Assembly (NCBI GenBank): GCA_023229725.1
Contig: JALNYR010000002.1
Location: 1-51,753, forward strand
Reading direction: 5' to 3'
DNA: 51,753 nucleotides
DNA from: Dehalococcoidia bacterium
GTDB taxonomy: Bacteria > Chloroflexota > Dehalococcoidia > GIF9 > AB-539-J10
Numbering within the stretch: the first letter of the stretch is position 1; each line of letters opens with the position of its first letter. Below, in pieces: positions 35,009 through 43,967 of this stretch. The notes under the pieces are model-generated. The model ran no database searches. It saw nothing but the letters and a program-made list of their open reading frames with translations, and was not told the DNA's origin. Made by a program: the position numbers and the translations under genes.

Positions 35009-36970
35009 CTAGTCGTACACCTCGCCGCGCCGGAAGCGCGCCCAGTCCGTCTCGAACCACGCCTCGCCGTGCGGCAACGGCCGCCTTGGCGTCCACTCGC
35101 TGTGCGCCGAGCCATCAGGTGAAGCGGCAGTCTCGAGAACCCGGTCCCGGAAGGCGACATCCTCGGGCGCGAACCGCCATTCCTCTCCCAGCGCATCGTG
35201 GACAGGAAGGCCTGCCCGGTTGAGCACGAGCGACGAGCCCCTGCTGCCGACGCCGCTCGCCAGCGCGAAGCGAATCGCCTCCAGGTACACGGCGTGGGCG
35301 AAGCAGAGGTGCCGGTTGCGCATGGCCTCTGCCAGGCCGGCGTTGCCGGCATACGCGCATCCCTGCGTCTCGATTCGACGCCACTGGGCCCACGCCTGAG
35401 GCAGCGCCTCGTCGAGGACGTCGAGGCTGCGAACGTGAGCGCCCGCGCGGCTCATGCGCGCCTGAAACTCGTCGCGCTCCTCTCGCCACGACCTCGCGGC
35501 TCCCCCGCACCTCTTCCGGAAGGCGGCAACATCGGCGACGCCGCGCGCCAGCGCCGAGTTGAACGCCCCCTTGTCCAGCGTCCACTTCGCGTACCGGTTC
35601 GCGACGTACTCCGCGGCGCGGAAGCCGCCGACCTGCCCCGCATTCAACGCAGAGCCGCCCGGGCGGTAGACGCCGTGCGAGCCGTTGACTTCCCCCACGG
35701 GGAAGAGGTGCTTCACGTTCGTGGACTCCCACCACACGTTCCCGGCGAGGCCGCCGTTGTTGTGCTGGGCGCACACCGCTATCTCCAGCGGCTCGCTCTC
35801 GATATCGATGCCGTGGTCCCGATACAGCTGTATTGCGGACGGATTCATACGCGCCAGGCGGGCGAAGGGCGTCTCCTGCAGCGCCCCCGACTTGCGCAGG
35901 TACTCCTGCGCCTCCCCACTCAGGCCCTCGAAGGAGAATCCGCCGGCATCCCGGCGGAAATCGAGGAAGACGCGACGATGCTTCACCTCGCACTCCACGT
36001 AGACGAGGATATCGATGAGCGACGAGCCGCCGGCCACCTTGCGCACGTCGAAGGGCCACTGGTAGCCCTTAAGGAAGACGCGTGAGCACATCTCGTCCGC
36101 CGAATCGAAGTAGTCGCGCAGGAACTCGCGCTCGCCACTGACGCCGTCAGCCTCCATGCTGACGAAGCGCGGCATCACCTGCATGAAGCTGCCGGACACG
36201 TTCCAGCGGAACTTCGTCGAGGCAAGGCCGAACTGCGATTCCGGCAGGTTCTGCGCCCCGGCGCCCGCCAGCAACGCGAGGCCGATGCCGCCGGTGTGGA
36301 CCTCGGGATACACGCTGCTGCGGTAGAGACCACCGGGTCCCCCGACCGCCAGTATCACATTCTCGGCCGCGTACGCCACGAGGCTGCCGTCCTGCCTGAC
36401 AGCGACGGCGCCGGCGGCGCGCCTCCCGCCGATCTCATCGACGGTCAGCAGAAGCACGACGTTCTCCCCCTCCCGGACGTTGATGCCGAGCTCGTTGACG
36501 CGTGCAGCGAGCGCGCGGCACATGTCCCGCGACGTGTACGGGCCGACCGACGTCGCCCGCTGGCGCGGGTCGTGGTCCGTCTTGTAGCCGATGAACTGCC
36601 CGTAGCGGTCGCGGGGGAAGGGCACGCCCAGGTTGACGAGGTGCATGAACGCCCGCGTCGAAAGGCCGGCCTCGACCAGCGCGAGGTCGCCGTGCATGCC
36701 GCCTCCCGAGTAGTACGTCTCGGCCATGGCGAGCGGAGAATCCGCGTCGTCCCCGTAGAGCGCAAGCTTGTAGTAGGTCTGCTTGTCGCTGCCGGTGTTG
36801 ATGGAGGTGCCCATGCGCAGGCCTTCGGTGACGATGAGCACGTCGTCGATGCCGTTGGCGCGCAGTTGCACCGCGGCGTTCAGTCCCGCGGCGCCGCTGC
36901 CGATGACGAGCGTGTGCACCCGCGTCAGCGGCAGGTCGATGCCTGAGACCGTCACTATCTCTTCATGCAT
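35009..36970 (-). CDS. FAD-binding oxidoreductase, succinate dehydrogenase/fumarate reductase flavoprotein superfamily
   Basis: Dinucleotide fold TLVIGSGAAGLNAAVQL, ...AVGGPGGLY..., ...LFPVGEVNGSHGVYRPGGSALNAGQVGG.... At 653 aa it is larger than classical family members. Confidence 0.75.
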   Translation of the reverse strand: MHEEIVTVSGIDLPLTRVHTLVIGSGAAGLNAAVQLRANGIDDVLIVTEGLRMGTSINTGSDKQTYYKLALYGDDADSPLAMAETYYSGGGMHGDLALVEAGLSTRAFMHLVNLGVPFPRDRYGQFIGYKTDHDPRQRATSVGPYTSRDMCRALAARVNELGINVREGENVVLLLTVDEIGGRRAAGAVAVRQDGSLVAYAAENVILAVGGPGGLYRSSVYPEVHTGGIGLALLAGAGAQNLPESQFGLASTKFRWNVSGSFMQVMPRFVSMEADGVSGEREFLRDYFDSADEMCSRVFLKGYQWPFDVRKVAGGSSLIDILVYVECEVKHRRVFLDFRRDAGGFSFEGLSGEAQEYLRKSGALQETPFARLARMNPSAIQLYRDHGIDIESEPLEIAVCAQHNNGGLAGNVWWESTNVKHLFPVGEVNGSHGVYRPGGSALNAGQVGGFRAAEYVANRYAKWTLDKGAFNSALARGVADVAAFRKRCGGAARSWREERDEFQARMSRAGAHVRSLDVLDEALPQAWAQWRRIETQGCAYAGNAGLAEAMRNRHLCFAHAVYLEAIRFALASGVGSRGSSLVLNRAGLPVHDALGEEWRFAPEDVAFRDRVLETAASPDGSAHSEWTPRRPLPHGEAWFETDWARFRRGEVYD

Positions 36971-37012
36971 GGAAGTGTCCCCCGGTGAGGCGTCATCGCC
37001 ACAGCCGGCCCA

Positions 37013-37783
37013 CTACAGCCTCTGCAGCGTCAGCCCTCCGTCCACCATGATGGACTGTCCCGTGGAGTAGGGCAGGTCGCCCCGCACCAGCATGGCGACC
37101 GCCTTGCCGACGTCCTCCGGATAGCCCCAGCGTTGCTGGACGGTCAGCCCCCCGGCTATGAGCCGGTCGTACTTCTCCCTGACGCCCGCGGTCATGTCGG
37201 TCATGATGACGCCGGGACAGACCTCGTACACGGGAATGCCGAACTCGCCCAGGCGCACGGCCCACAGCTTCGTCGCCATGCCGAGGCCGGCCTTGGAGAG
37301 GCAGTACTCGCCGCGATTGGGGGAGGCGACGGTCGCCGACATCGACGAGATGTTGACGATGCAACCCGCGAAGCCCGCGTCCTCCCTTCGTTGAGCAATC
37401 ATCCAGTTGGCGACGGCCTGGGTCAGGAAGTACGGTCCCTTGAGGTTCGTGCCCATGACGCGGTCGTAGCTGTCCTCGCTCGCTTCGAGGATATCGGCGC
37501 GCACCTCGGGAGCGACGCCGGCGTTGTTCACGAGCACGTTCAGTCGCCCAAAGCGGCTCCTGATTTCCGACAGGAGGCGCTTCCGGTCCTCGCCGCTGGA
37601 GACGTCGGCCTGGACATACATAACATCGCTGCCGGTCGCGCGCAGGCCGGAAACCGCGGCCTCCGCCGCCGCGGGCGGACGAACACCGCACACGGCAAGG
37701 TCACATCCCTCGGCGGCGAGGCGCCCGGCTATCCCCAGGCCGATGCCGCGCGCTCCGCCGGTTACCAGCGCCACTCTGTTCAT
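37013..37783 (-). CDS. short-chain dehydrogenase/reductase (SDR)
   Basis: ALVTGGARGIGLGIA, NNAG, and the catalytic Y..xK (EYCLSKAG). ATG 37783 is preceded by GGAGGAG. Confidence 0.9.
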   Translation of the reverse strand: MNRVALVTGGARGIGLGIAGRLAAEGCDLAVCGVRPPAAAEAAVSGLRATGSDVMYVQADVSSGEDRKRLLSEIRSRFGRLNVLVNNAGVAPEVRADILEASEDSYDRVMGTNLKGPYFLTQAVANWMIAQRREDAGFAGCIVNISSMSATVASPNRGEYCLSKAGLGMATKLWAVRLGEFGIPVYEVCPGVIMTDMTAGVREKYDRLIAGGLTVQQRWGYPEDVGKAVAMLVRGDLPYSTGQSIMVDGGLTLQRL

Positions 37784-37938
37784 GGAAGTCTCCTCCGTCA
37801 GCACCATTGATAGTGCACCAAGTCGCTCGCACGCCGCAAACGGGTCGCGTGCCGCGCTCACATCATGACGGTGAGCCGCGTGTGGCACAATACCAGTATA
37901 GAGACGTGGGCGGCGGGCTCACACGCGGGAGGCGGGAT

Positions 37939-39699
37939 ATGGCACTCAGGAGCGATGCACTCAGGAAGAACGCGCCGGAGACGCTCGCACTCTACCTCTC
38001 GGGCGGGTTCACCGAGGCCGACTACGGCAAGCCGCTGGTGCTGGTGCACTCGACGTTCGGGCAGTCTCACTCCGGCAGCTACCATCTGGACCGGCTCGTG
38101 AAGCAGGCGACGCTCGGCATCCATGAATCGGGCGGATCAGCGTTCAGCTTCACAACCACCGACCTGTGCGACGGCGTGGCGACCGGCCACGACGGCATGA
38201 ACTACGTCCTCCCCTCGCGCGAGTTCATCGCGGGGATGATAGAAGCGTACGTCCAGGGGCACGCCTTCGACGCAGCCGTCCTCACAGCAAGCTGTGACAA
38301 GGCGCTTCCCGCGGCGCTCATCGCCGCAGCCCGGCTGAAGGACGACATCCCGGCCGTCATCCTGCCCGGCGGTTCCGGCGGCATCGGCAGCTGCTACCTC
38401 ATGAGCGGCGACATCGCCGCCGAGTTCGCGAAGGTGGAGACCGGCATGGAGCCGGCTGAGCAGCTGCTGCACGTCCAGCGCCACTCGCTGCCGTGCGAAG
38501 GCGCCTGCCAGTACATGGGCACGGCATCCACCATGCAGGTGATGGCCGAGGCGCTCGGCCTCGCAGCGCCAACGTCGGCGCTCGCGCCCGCCAACGAGCG
38601 TTATGTCCTGGACTCCGCCCGGCGGGCAGGGCACCTCGTGACGGCGATGCTGCGCAGCGGGCGGAAGACCGGCGACATCCTCTCGGAGGCCTCGCTGCGA
38701 AACGCGGTGGTCATCCACCAGGCGACAGGCGGCTCCACCAATGCCCTGCTGCACCTGCCCGCCATCGCCGCCGCCGCGGGACTCGGCTTCGACGTGCGCC
38801 TCTTCGACGAGCTGGGACAGAAGACGCCCTACCTCACAAACCTGCACTCGGCGGGCGAGTACGCCTCGCGTCAATTCTGGTACGCGGGGGGCGTCCAGCG
38901 GGTCATCGAGCTGCTGGCCGACAGCGGACTCCTCGACATGGATGCCCTCACGGTTACAGGAAAGACGCTGGGTCAGAACCTCGAGGACGTGCGGGCGTCC
39001 GATTTCTTCCGGACCGGCGAGGGATACCTGTCGAACTACGCCACACGCGACCGCTCACGCAGCCTATGGCGCACCGATGTCATACGCGACGCATGCGACC
39101 TGCGCAACACTTTCGGCTCGGTGGCCATCCTCAAGGGCAACCTTGCGCCCGAAGGCGCCGTGTTCAAGTACAGCGCCTGCGACCCGGCCATGTACGAGCA
39201 CCGTGGCAGGGCGGTGGTCTTCGAGAACGAAGAGGACTGCTTCGCGGCCGTCACCGGACTGAAGGTGGAGCCGGGCGACGTGCTCATCGTGCGGAACGAG
39301 GGCCCGGCCTCGTGCGGCATGCCGGAGCTGTTCAACACCAGCGCGGCCATCGTGGCGATACCGCGGTACCGCAGCTCCATCGCGCTCGTGACGGACGGCC
39401 GCTTCTCCGGCGCCACCGCCGGCCCGGTCATCGGCCACGTCTCGCCCGAGGGGGTCGCGGGCGGGCCAATCGCAATCATCGAGAGCGGCGATACCGTGGA
39501 GATAAGCCTCTCGAGGCGCTCGCTGAACATCGTCGCGGTACGCGAAGGGCTTTCGACCGGTGGAGAAGTCGCTCGAATCCTGTCGCAACGCCGCGCCGCC
39601 TGGCGCCGGCCACCGCGTCGCTACACGTCCGGCATCCTCGGCGCCTACACCCGCCTCGCCGTCTCGGCGATGCAGGGCGCCTACATGGCCGGCGGGTAG
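37939..39699 (+). CDS. IlvD/Edd-family dehydratase (sugar-acid / dihydroxy-acid dehydratase)
   Basis: ...TTDLCDGVATGHDGMNYVLPSRE..., ...SCDKALPA..., ...GACQYMGTASTMQ..., ...LVTDGRFSGAT.... ATG 37939 is preceded by GGGAGG. Confidence 0.9.
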   Translation: MALRSDALRKNAPETLALYLSGGFTEADYGKPLVLVHSTFGQSHSGSYHLDRLVKQATLGIHESGGSAFSFTTTDLCDGVATGHDGMNYVLPSREFIAGMIEAYVQGHAFDAAVLTASCDKALPAALIAAARLKDDIPAVILPGGSGGIGSCYLMSGDIAAEFAKVETGMEPAEQLLHVQRHSLPCEGACQYMGTASTMQVMAEALGLAAPTSALAPANERYVLDSARRAGHLVTAMLRSGRKTGDILSEASLRNAVVIHQATGGSTNALLHLPAIAAAAGLGFDVRLFDELGQKTPYLTNLHSAGEYASRQFWYAGGVQRVIELLADSGLLDMDALTVTGKTLGQNLEDVRASDFFRTGEGYLSNYATRDRSRSLWRTDVIRDACDLRNTFGSVAILKGNLAPEGAVFKYSACDPAMYEHRGRAVVFENEEDCFAAVTGLKVEPGDVLIVRNEGPASCGMPELFNTSAAIVAIPRYRSSIALVTDGRFSGATAGPVIGHVSPEGVAGGPIAIIESGDTVEISLSRRSLNIVAVREGLSTGGEVARILSQRRAAWRRPPRRYTSGILGAYTRLAVSAMQGAYMAGG

Positions 39700-39765
39700 G
39701 CGCGGGAATCTCGCGGCGCGCCATTCGTACGCCAACTCCGGGCACAGCTACGCAATGTCGCGCGA

Positions 39766-39794
39766 TTGACTTTTGAAGTGCTCCTGTCTACGCT
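39766..39794 (+). promoter_or_regulatory. sigma-70-like promoter upstream of the FrhB-like/iorAB genes
   Basis: TTGACT (39766..39771), a 17-nt spacer, then TACGCT (39789..39794). The predicted leader is about 210 nt. Confidence 0.45.
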
Positions 39795-40009
39795 GCCTAC
39801 CCCAATGGCAGCGCCGGCGACTGCGGCAGCGCAGCACCGGCTGGTCCCGTACCCGTCTCCCCGCACAACTCCCTGGATGTGACGACTTCCGGCGACAGCC
39901 GGTGGCGTTGCGGATAGCGACCGGCGCAGTGGCAGCACGAGCGCCCTCGCAAAGTCGAGGCAACCGGTGGTTGCCCCGGCCGGCCGTCGACCCTGGACAG
40001 GAGGTGCAC

Positions 40010-41059
40010 GTGGAGACACAGGCCTACGCCTCGTTCAAATTGAGGGCGGACGTCATCGACGGGGGCCTCTGCCCCCTCTGCGGCGGCTGCGCCGCGGGCT
40101 GCCCCTACCTGGGAGAGCACAACGGCCGCATCGTACAGCTCGACTGCTGCACGCTGCCGGAGGGTAGCTGCTACAGCAACTGCCCGCGCACACCGACGGA
40201 CCTCGATGAACTGAGCCGGTCCGTGCTCGGTGAGCCGTTCAGCCCGGATGACCTCGGCATCGTGAAGGGCGGCTACCTCGCGCAGGCGACCGACCCGGAG
40301 ACGAGGGCCGCAGCCGGCGGCGGCGGAGTCGCAGCCGCGCTGTTGCGCTTCTCGCTCGAGCAGGGCGCCATCGATGCGATACCCGGGACCGGCCTGGACG
40401 GAGAGGGCCACGAGGGCCTCCGTTTGAGGAATCTGGCCGCCTCGTCCAGAAGCTCCGGCGCGCCGACTCCCGTTCTCATGAGCGACGCCGCCGCGGTCGT
40501 CGCCCATCTTTCAGCACCACACCGATTCGCCCGTGTCCTTGCCGCGTTCAACAGCATCCCGAAAGAAAGCAGCGCGAAGCTCGGCATGGCCTGTCTCCCC
40601 TGCCAGGTTGCCTCTCTGCGCAAGCGGACGGGCAACCCCGTGGGGAGCCGGGTGGATGCCCGGAACGTGAAACTCCTGATTGCCGAGTTCTGCGCCACGA
40701 AGCGATGGCTCGAGCCGGGAGAGGACCGGCAGGTCGCCAATAAGGCGTGCAGCTTCTGCTGGGACCTGACCGGAGAGCTGGCCGACATCTCGGTCGGCTC
40801 CGCTCGGGGACAGCAGGACTGGAACACGGTCTTCGTGCGCACCGAAGCCGGCCGGCGCGCCTTCGAAGCCGCGCGCAAGGGCGGGGCACTGGAGGTGAAG
40901 CCGCTGCCCGCTGACAACCTGGCGCAGGAGAAGAAAGCGTCGCGTGACAAGAAGCTGAGGGCGGTGCGCAACCTGACGACCCTGACTGGAAAGCAGGACG
41001 ACCTCGCCTATCTGGGCGCGTCTCCGAGGGTGGTCAAGGCACTGCAGGGCGGCGTATGA
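40010..41059 (+). CDS. FrhB/FdhB-family protein (coenzyme F420 hydrogenase/dehydrogenase beta-subunit-like Fe-S flavoprotein)
   Basis: GTG 40010 is preceded by CAGGAGG with a 5-nt spacer. CPLCGGCAAGCPY, ...GGGGVAAALLRFSLEQGAIDA..., ...ACLPCQVASLRK..., ...CSFCWDLTGELADISVGSA... match FrhB_FdhB N- and C-domain patterns. Confidence 0.75.
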   Translation: METQAYASFKLRADVIDGGLCPLCGGCAAGCPYLGEHNGRIVQLDCCTLPEGSCYSNCPRTPTDLDELSRSVLGEPFSPDDLGIVKGGYLAQATDPETRAAAGGGGVAAALLRFSLEQGAIDAIPGTGLDGEGHEGLRLRNLAASSRSSGAPTPVLMSDAAAVVAHLSAPHRFARVLAAFNSIPKESSAKLGMACLPCQVASLRKRTGNPVGSRVDARNVKLLIAEFCATKRWLEPGEDRQVANKACSFCWDLTGELADISVGSARGQQDWNTVFVRTEAGRRAFEAARKGGALEVKPLPADNLAQEKKASRDKKLRAVRNLTTLTGKQDDLAYLGASPRVVKALQGGV

Positions 41060-41110
41060 GCACCGCTGCCGTCGATGTCCACATGCACAGCGCGATGAAG
41101 GAGGACAGAC

Positions 41111-43057
41111 ATGGAGGGTATTGACGTCAATGCCCCTGGAACCACGCAGTTGCTGATGGGCAACGAGGCGATAGCGCGCGGAGCGCTGGAGGGCGGTGTC
41201 GGCTTCTCCTCACAGTACCCCGGGACTCCCTCGTCTGAGATCCTCTCGGTCCTTGCCGCCGTGTCGAAGAACATGCGTATTCACACCGAGTGGTCGGTCA
41301 ACGAGATGGTGGCGTGCGAAGCGGCGGCGGGCGCGTCGTTCGCGGGCATACCCGCGCTCTCGGCCATGAAGCAGAACGGCGTCAATGTCTGCTCGGACTT
41401 CCTTGTGAACGTCATCATGACGGGGATCGGCACGGGCGGGCTTGTGCTGGTCACCGGCGACGACCCGTCGGCGATATCCAGCTCCAACGAAGAGGACTCG
41501 CGCTGGATATGCAAGTGGATGGACATGCCCTTGCTGGAGCCGTCGACCGCGCAGGACGCGAAGGACATGGTGAAATGGGCCTTCGAAATCTCGCGTCTCG
41601 TCGACAACCCCTGCTTCGTGCGGGAGACGACGAGGCTGGCTCACACGCGGGGGAAGGTTGTGCTGGGAGAGCTGCCGACAGAGAGACGGACCGCACGATT
41701 CCCGGACGTGTGGGACATGTGCAAGCCGGCGAAGAGCCAGTTCACATCCGGCCCGTTCGGCATCCTGCATCACCGGGCGCACGAACGATTGAAGAGAGTC
41801 GTGCCCCTGTTCGAGGCGTCCGCCTTCAATACCTATGAGGGGCCGGAGAAGCCCGAGCTGCTTGTCATCACGTCGGGCGTCTGCCACCTATACTGCCAGG
41901 AGGCTGTGGCCATGCTCGGCGTGGGAAGCAGGGTCGGCATTTTCCGGCTCGGCACGACGTGGCCGCTGCCCGAGCAGGCCGTACGGAAGCAGCTCGAGCG
42001 AACGACGAAGGTTCTCTTCGTCGAGGAGATCGACGCATTCACCGAGGGCAGCGTCATGGAGTTCGCCGCGAGCCTCGGCGGCGCGCTCGCGCCGAGGACG
42101 TTCCTCGGCAAGCGCTCGGGCCACATCCCCTCCTGGGGCGCGCTCAGCACGGACCTCGTCGCCCAGACGCTCGGCGCCATACTCAATGTGCCGTACAAAG
42201 TTGCCGGCAGGGATGCGGCCTACTCGCAGGGGCTGGGCGAGGCGGCGAAGATGGTGCCGCCGCGCGCCATCAACCTCTGCCCGGGATGCCCGCACCGCGG
42301 CTCCTACTGGATATTCAAGAATGCGCTGGCGATAGACGGTCGCCACGGGCTTGTGGCCGGCGACATCGGATGCTATTCCCTCGGCTTCATCGGCGCCGGG
42401 TTCTTCCAGGAGCGCACGATGCACTGCATGGGGGGCGGCGTGGGTGTGGCGAACGGCCTCGGCAACCTCAAGGAGTTCGGCTTTGACCAGCCCGTGCTGG
42501 CCATCGCCGGAGACTCGACCTTCTTCCACGCCTGCATCCCCGCGCTCGTGAACGGCGTCTACAACAAGGCGAACTTCATCTTCGCGATACTGGACAACTC
42601 GGCCACGGCGATGACCGGCTTCCAGCCGCATCCGGGAGTCGGACGGGCGGCCACGGGCGACCCCGCACCGAGGGTCGACATGGAGGCCTTGTGCCGGGCG
42701 CTCGACGCACGGGTGGAGGTGTGCGACCCCTTCGACCTTGAAGGCAGCACACGAACGCTGCTGGACATGATTGCGGACGAGTCGGGAGGCGCGCGCGTGC
42801 TCATCATGCGGCGCGTCTGCGAGCTGGTGAGAGGGCGCCGCGACAAGGCCCGGCCGTACACCATGCGCGTGAACCCTTCCGTATGTGTCGGCGATGCCTG
42901 CGGCTGCAACCGCCTCTGCATCCGCGTCTTCGGATGCCCCGGCCTCATCTGGGACCAGTCAGCCGGGCGAGCGAAGATAGACGAGGCCATCTGCACCGGC
43001 TGCGGCCTCTGCGCCGACATCTGTCCTCAGAAGGCCATCGAGAGGGAGGCAGCATGA
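41111..43057 (+). CDS. iorA: indolepyruvate:ferredoxin oxidoreductase alpha subunit
   Basis: ...LLMGNEAIARGALEGGVGFSSQYPGTPSSEI..., a TPP-binding region ...GDIGCYSLG...IAGDSTFFH..., and C-terminal CTGCGLCADICP. AAGGAGG Shine-Dalgarno. Confidence 0.88.
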   Translation: MEGIDVNAPGTTQLLMGNEAIARGALEGGVGFSSQYPGTPSSEILSVLAAVSKNMRIHTEWSVNEMVACEAAAGASFAGIPALSAMKQNGVNVCSDFLVNVIMTGIGTGGLVLVTGDDPSAISSSNEEDSRWICKWMDMPLLEPSTAQDAKDMVKWAFEISRLVDNPCFVRETTRLAHTRGKVVLGELPTERRTARFPDVWDMCKPAKSQFTSGPFGILHHRAHERLKRVVPLFEASAFNTYEGPEKPELLVITSGVCHLYCQEAVAMLGVGSRVGIFRLGTTWPLPEQAVRKQLERTTKVLFVEEIDAFTEGSVMEFAASLGGALAPRTFLGKRSGHIPSWGALSTDLVAQTLGAILNVPYKVAGRDAAYSQGLGEAAKMVPPRAINLCPGCPHRGSYWIFKNALAIDGRHGLVAGDIGCYSLGFIGAGFFQERTMHCMGGGVGVANGLGNLKEFGFDQPVLAIAGDSTFFHACIPALVNGVYNKANFIFAILDNSATAMTGFQPHPGVGRAATGDPAPRVDMEALCRALDARVEVCDPFDLEGSTRTLLDMIADESGGARVLIMRRVCELVRGRRDKARPYTMRVNPSVCVGDACGCNRLCIRVFGCPGLIWDQSAGRAKIDEAICTGCGLCADICPQKAIEREAA

Positions 43058-43674
43058 AGGAGCTTTCCAGAGAGCCTTTGAACCTCATCATCGGAGGAGT
43101 CGGGGGGCAGGGCAACGTGCTGATGGCCCAGCTCGTCGGGCAGGCGCTCGTCCAGCGCGGGTACACCGCCAGCGTCGGCGACACCTACGGGGTGTCGCAG
43201 CGGGGCGGGCCCGTCGCCAGCCACGTCCGCGTCTCCCACGACCGGTCATACGGCCCGCTGATACCGGCAGGGCAGGCTGATGTCATTCTCACGCTTGAGC
43301 CCGCCGAGGCCCTGCGCCTTCTCTCGGAGCTGGGCAACCCGTCGACCGTGGTCGTCACAAACTCCCGCCCCGTCTATCCGCCCGACGTGAGCAGCGGAAG
43401 GGCGACCTATCCGGCAACGAAGGACCTGTTCGGCGCGCTCAAACGCTACTCGTCCCGGTGTATGGTCGTGGACGCAAGCGCGGCGGCGCTCGCCATGGGT
43501 GACCCGATATTCACCAACATCGTGATGCTCGGCGTGCTGGTGGGCGCCGACGTCGCGCCGCTGGAGCGAAAGGACATGGCGGACGTCCTGGCCGACCGCT
43601 TCAAGGGGACGGTGCTCGAACGGAACCTCGCGGCGCTGGACCGAGGCATCGCACTGGCGCGGGAGGCGCGCTGA
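43054..43674 (+). CDS. iorB: indolepyruvate:ferredoxin oxidoreductase beta subunit
   Basis: ...LNLIIGGVGGQGNVLMAQL...GDTYGVSQRGGPVASHVR.... The start overlaps the iorA stop (ATGA) and is preceded by GGGAGG. Confidence 0.85.
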   Translation: MKELSREPLNLIIGGVGGQGNVLMAQLVGQALVQRGYTASVGDTYGVSQRGGPVASHVRVSHDRSYGPLIPAGQADVILTLEPAEALRLLSELGNPSTVVVTNSRPVYPPDVSSGRATYPATKDLFGALKRYSSRCMVVDASAAALAMGDPIFTNIVMLGVLVGADVAPLERKDMADVLADRFKGTVLERNLAALDRGIALAREAR

Positions 43675-43967
43675 GCGCGTCATGGAACAGCTCGCGACAG
43701 AGCGCGCGGGCGACAAGTTGTGCCGGCGACGTACGACGAAGCAGTTTGACAACAGGATACTGCCGGCGTACACATGGATAGCTACGAACCTGTGCGACCA
43801 GACCACCTGGAGATAGAAGCAGCATGCAGACAGGATGAGCGTTGCACAAGGTCAGCGCACAGACGTGCTCCCCCTCTGATGCTCTCACCGCAGACAGCCT
43901 CGCCATGCCGGCCGGCCCTTCGTTGACAGGTGCCCTTGTGTAGTGCAATGTGCGAAGGAGGAGGAGA

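Noticed and set aside
39773-40009. N-terminal extensions of many ORFs in the supplied track. Examples: 39773.., 37807.., 48770.., 47059.., 2932.., 7985, 9112, 20438, 33413, 37888.
   Set aside because: The extensions are Arg/Pro-rich and lack homology-like sequence. Each contains an internal start with a good Shine-Dalgarno sequence or a start/stop overlap with the upstream gene, so I trimmed the coordinates accordingly.
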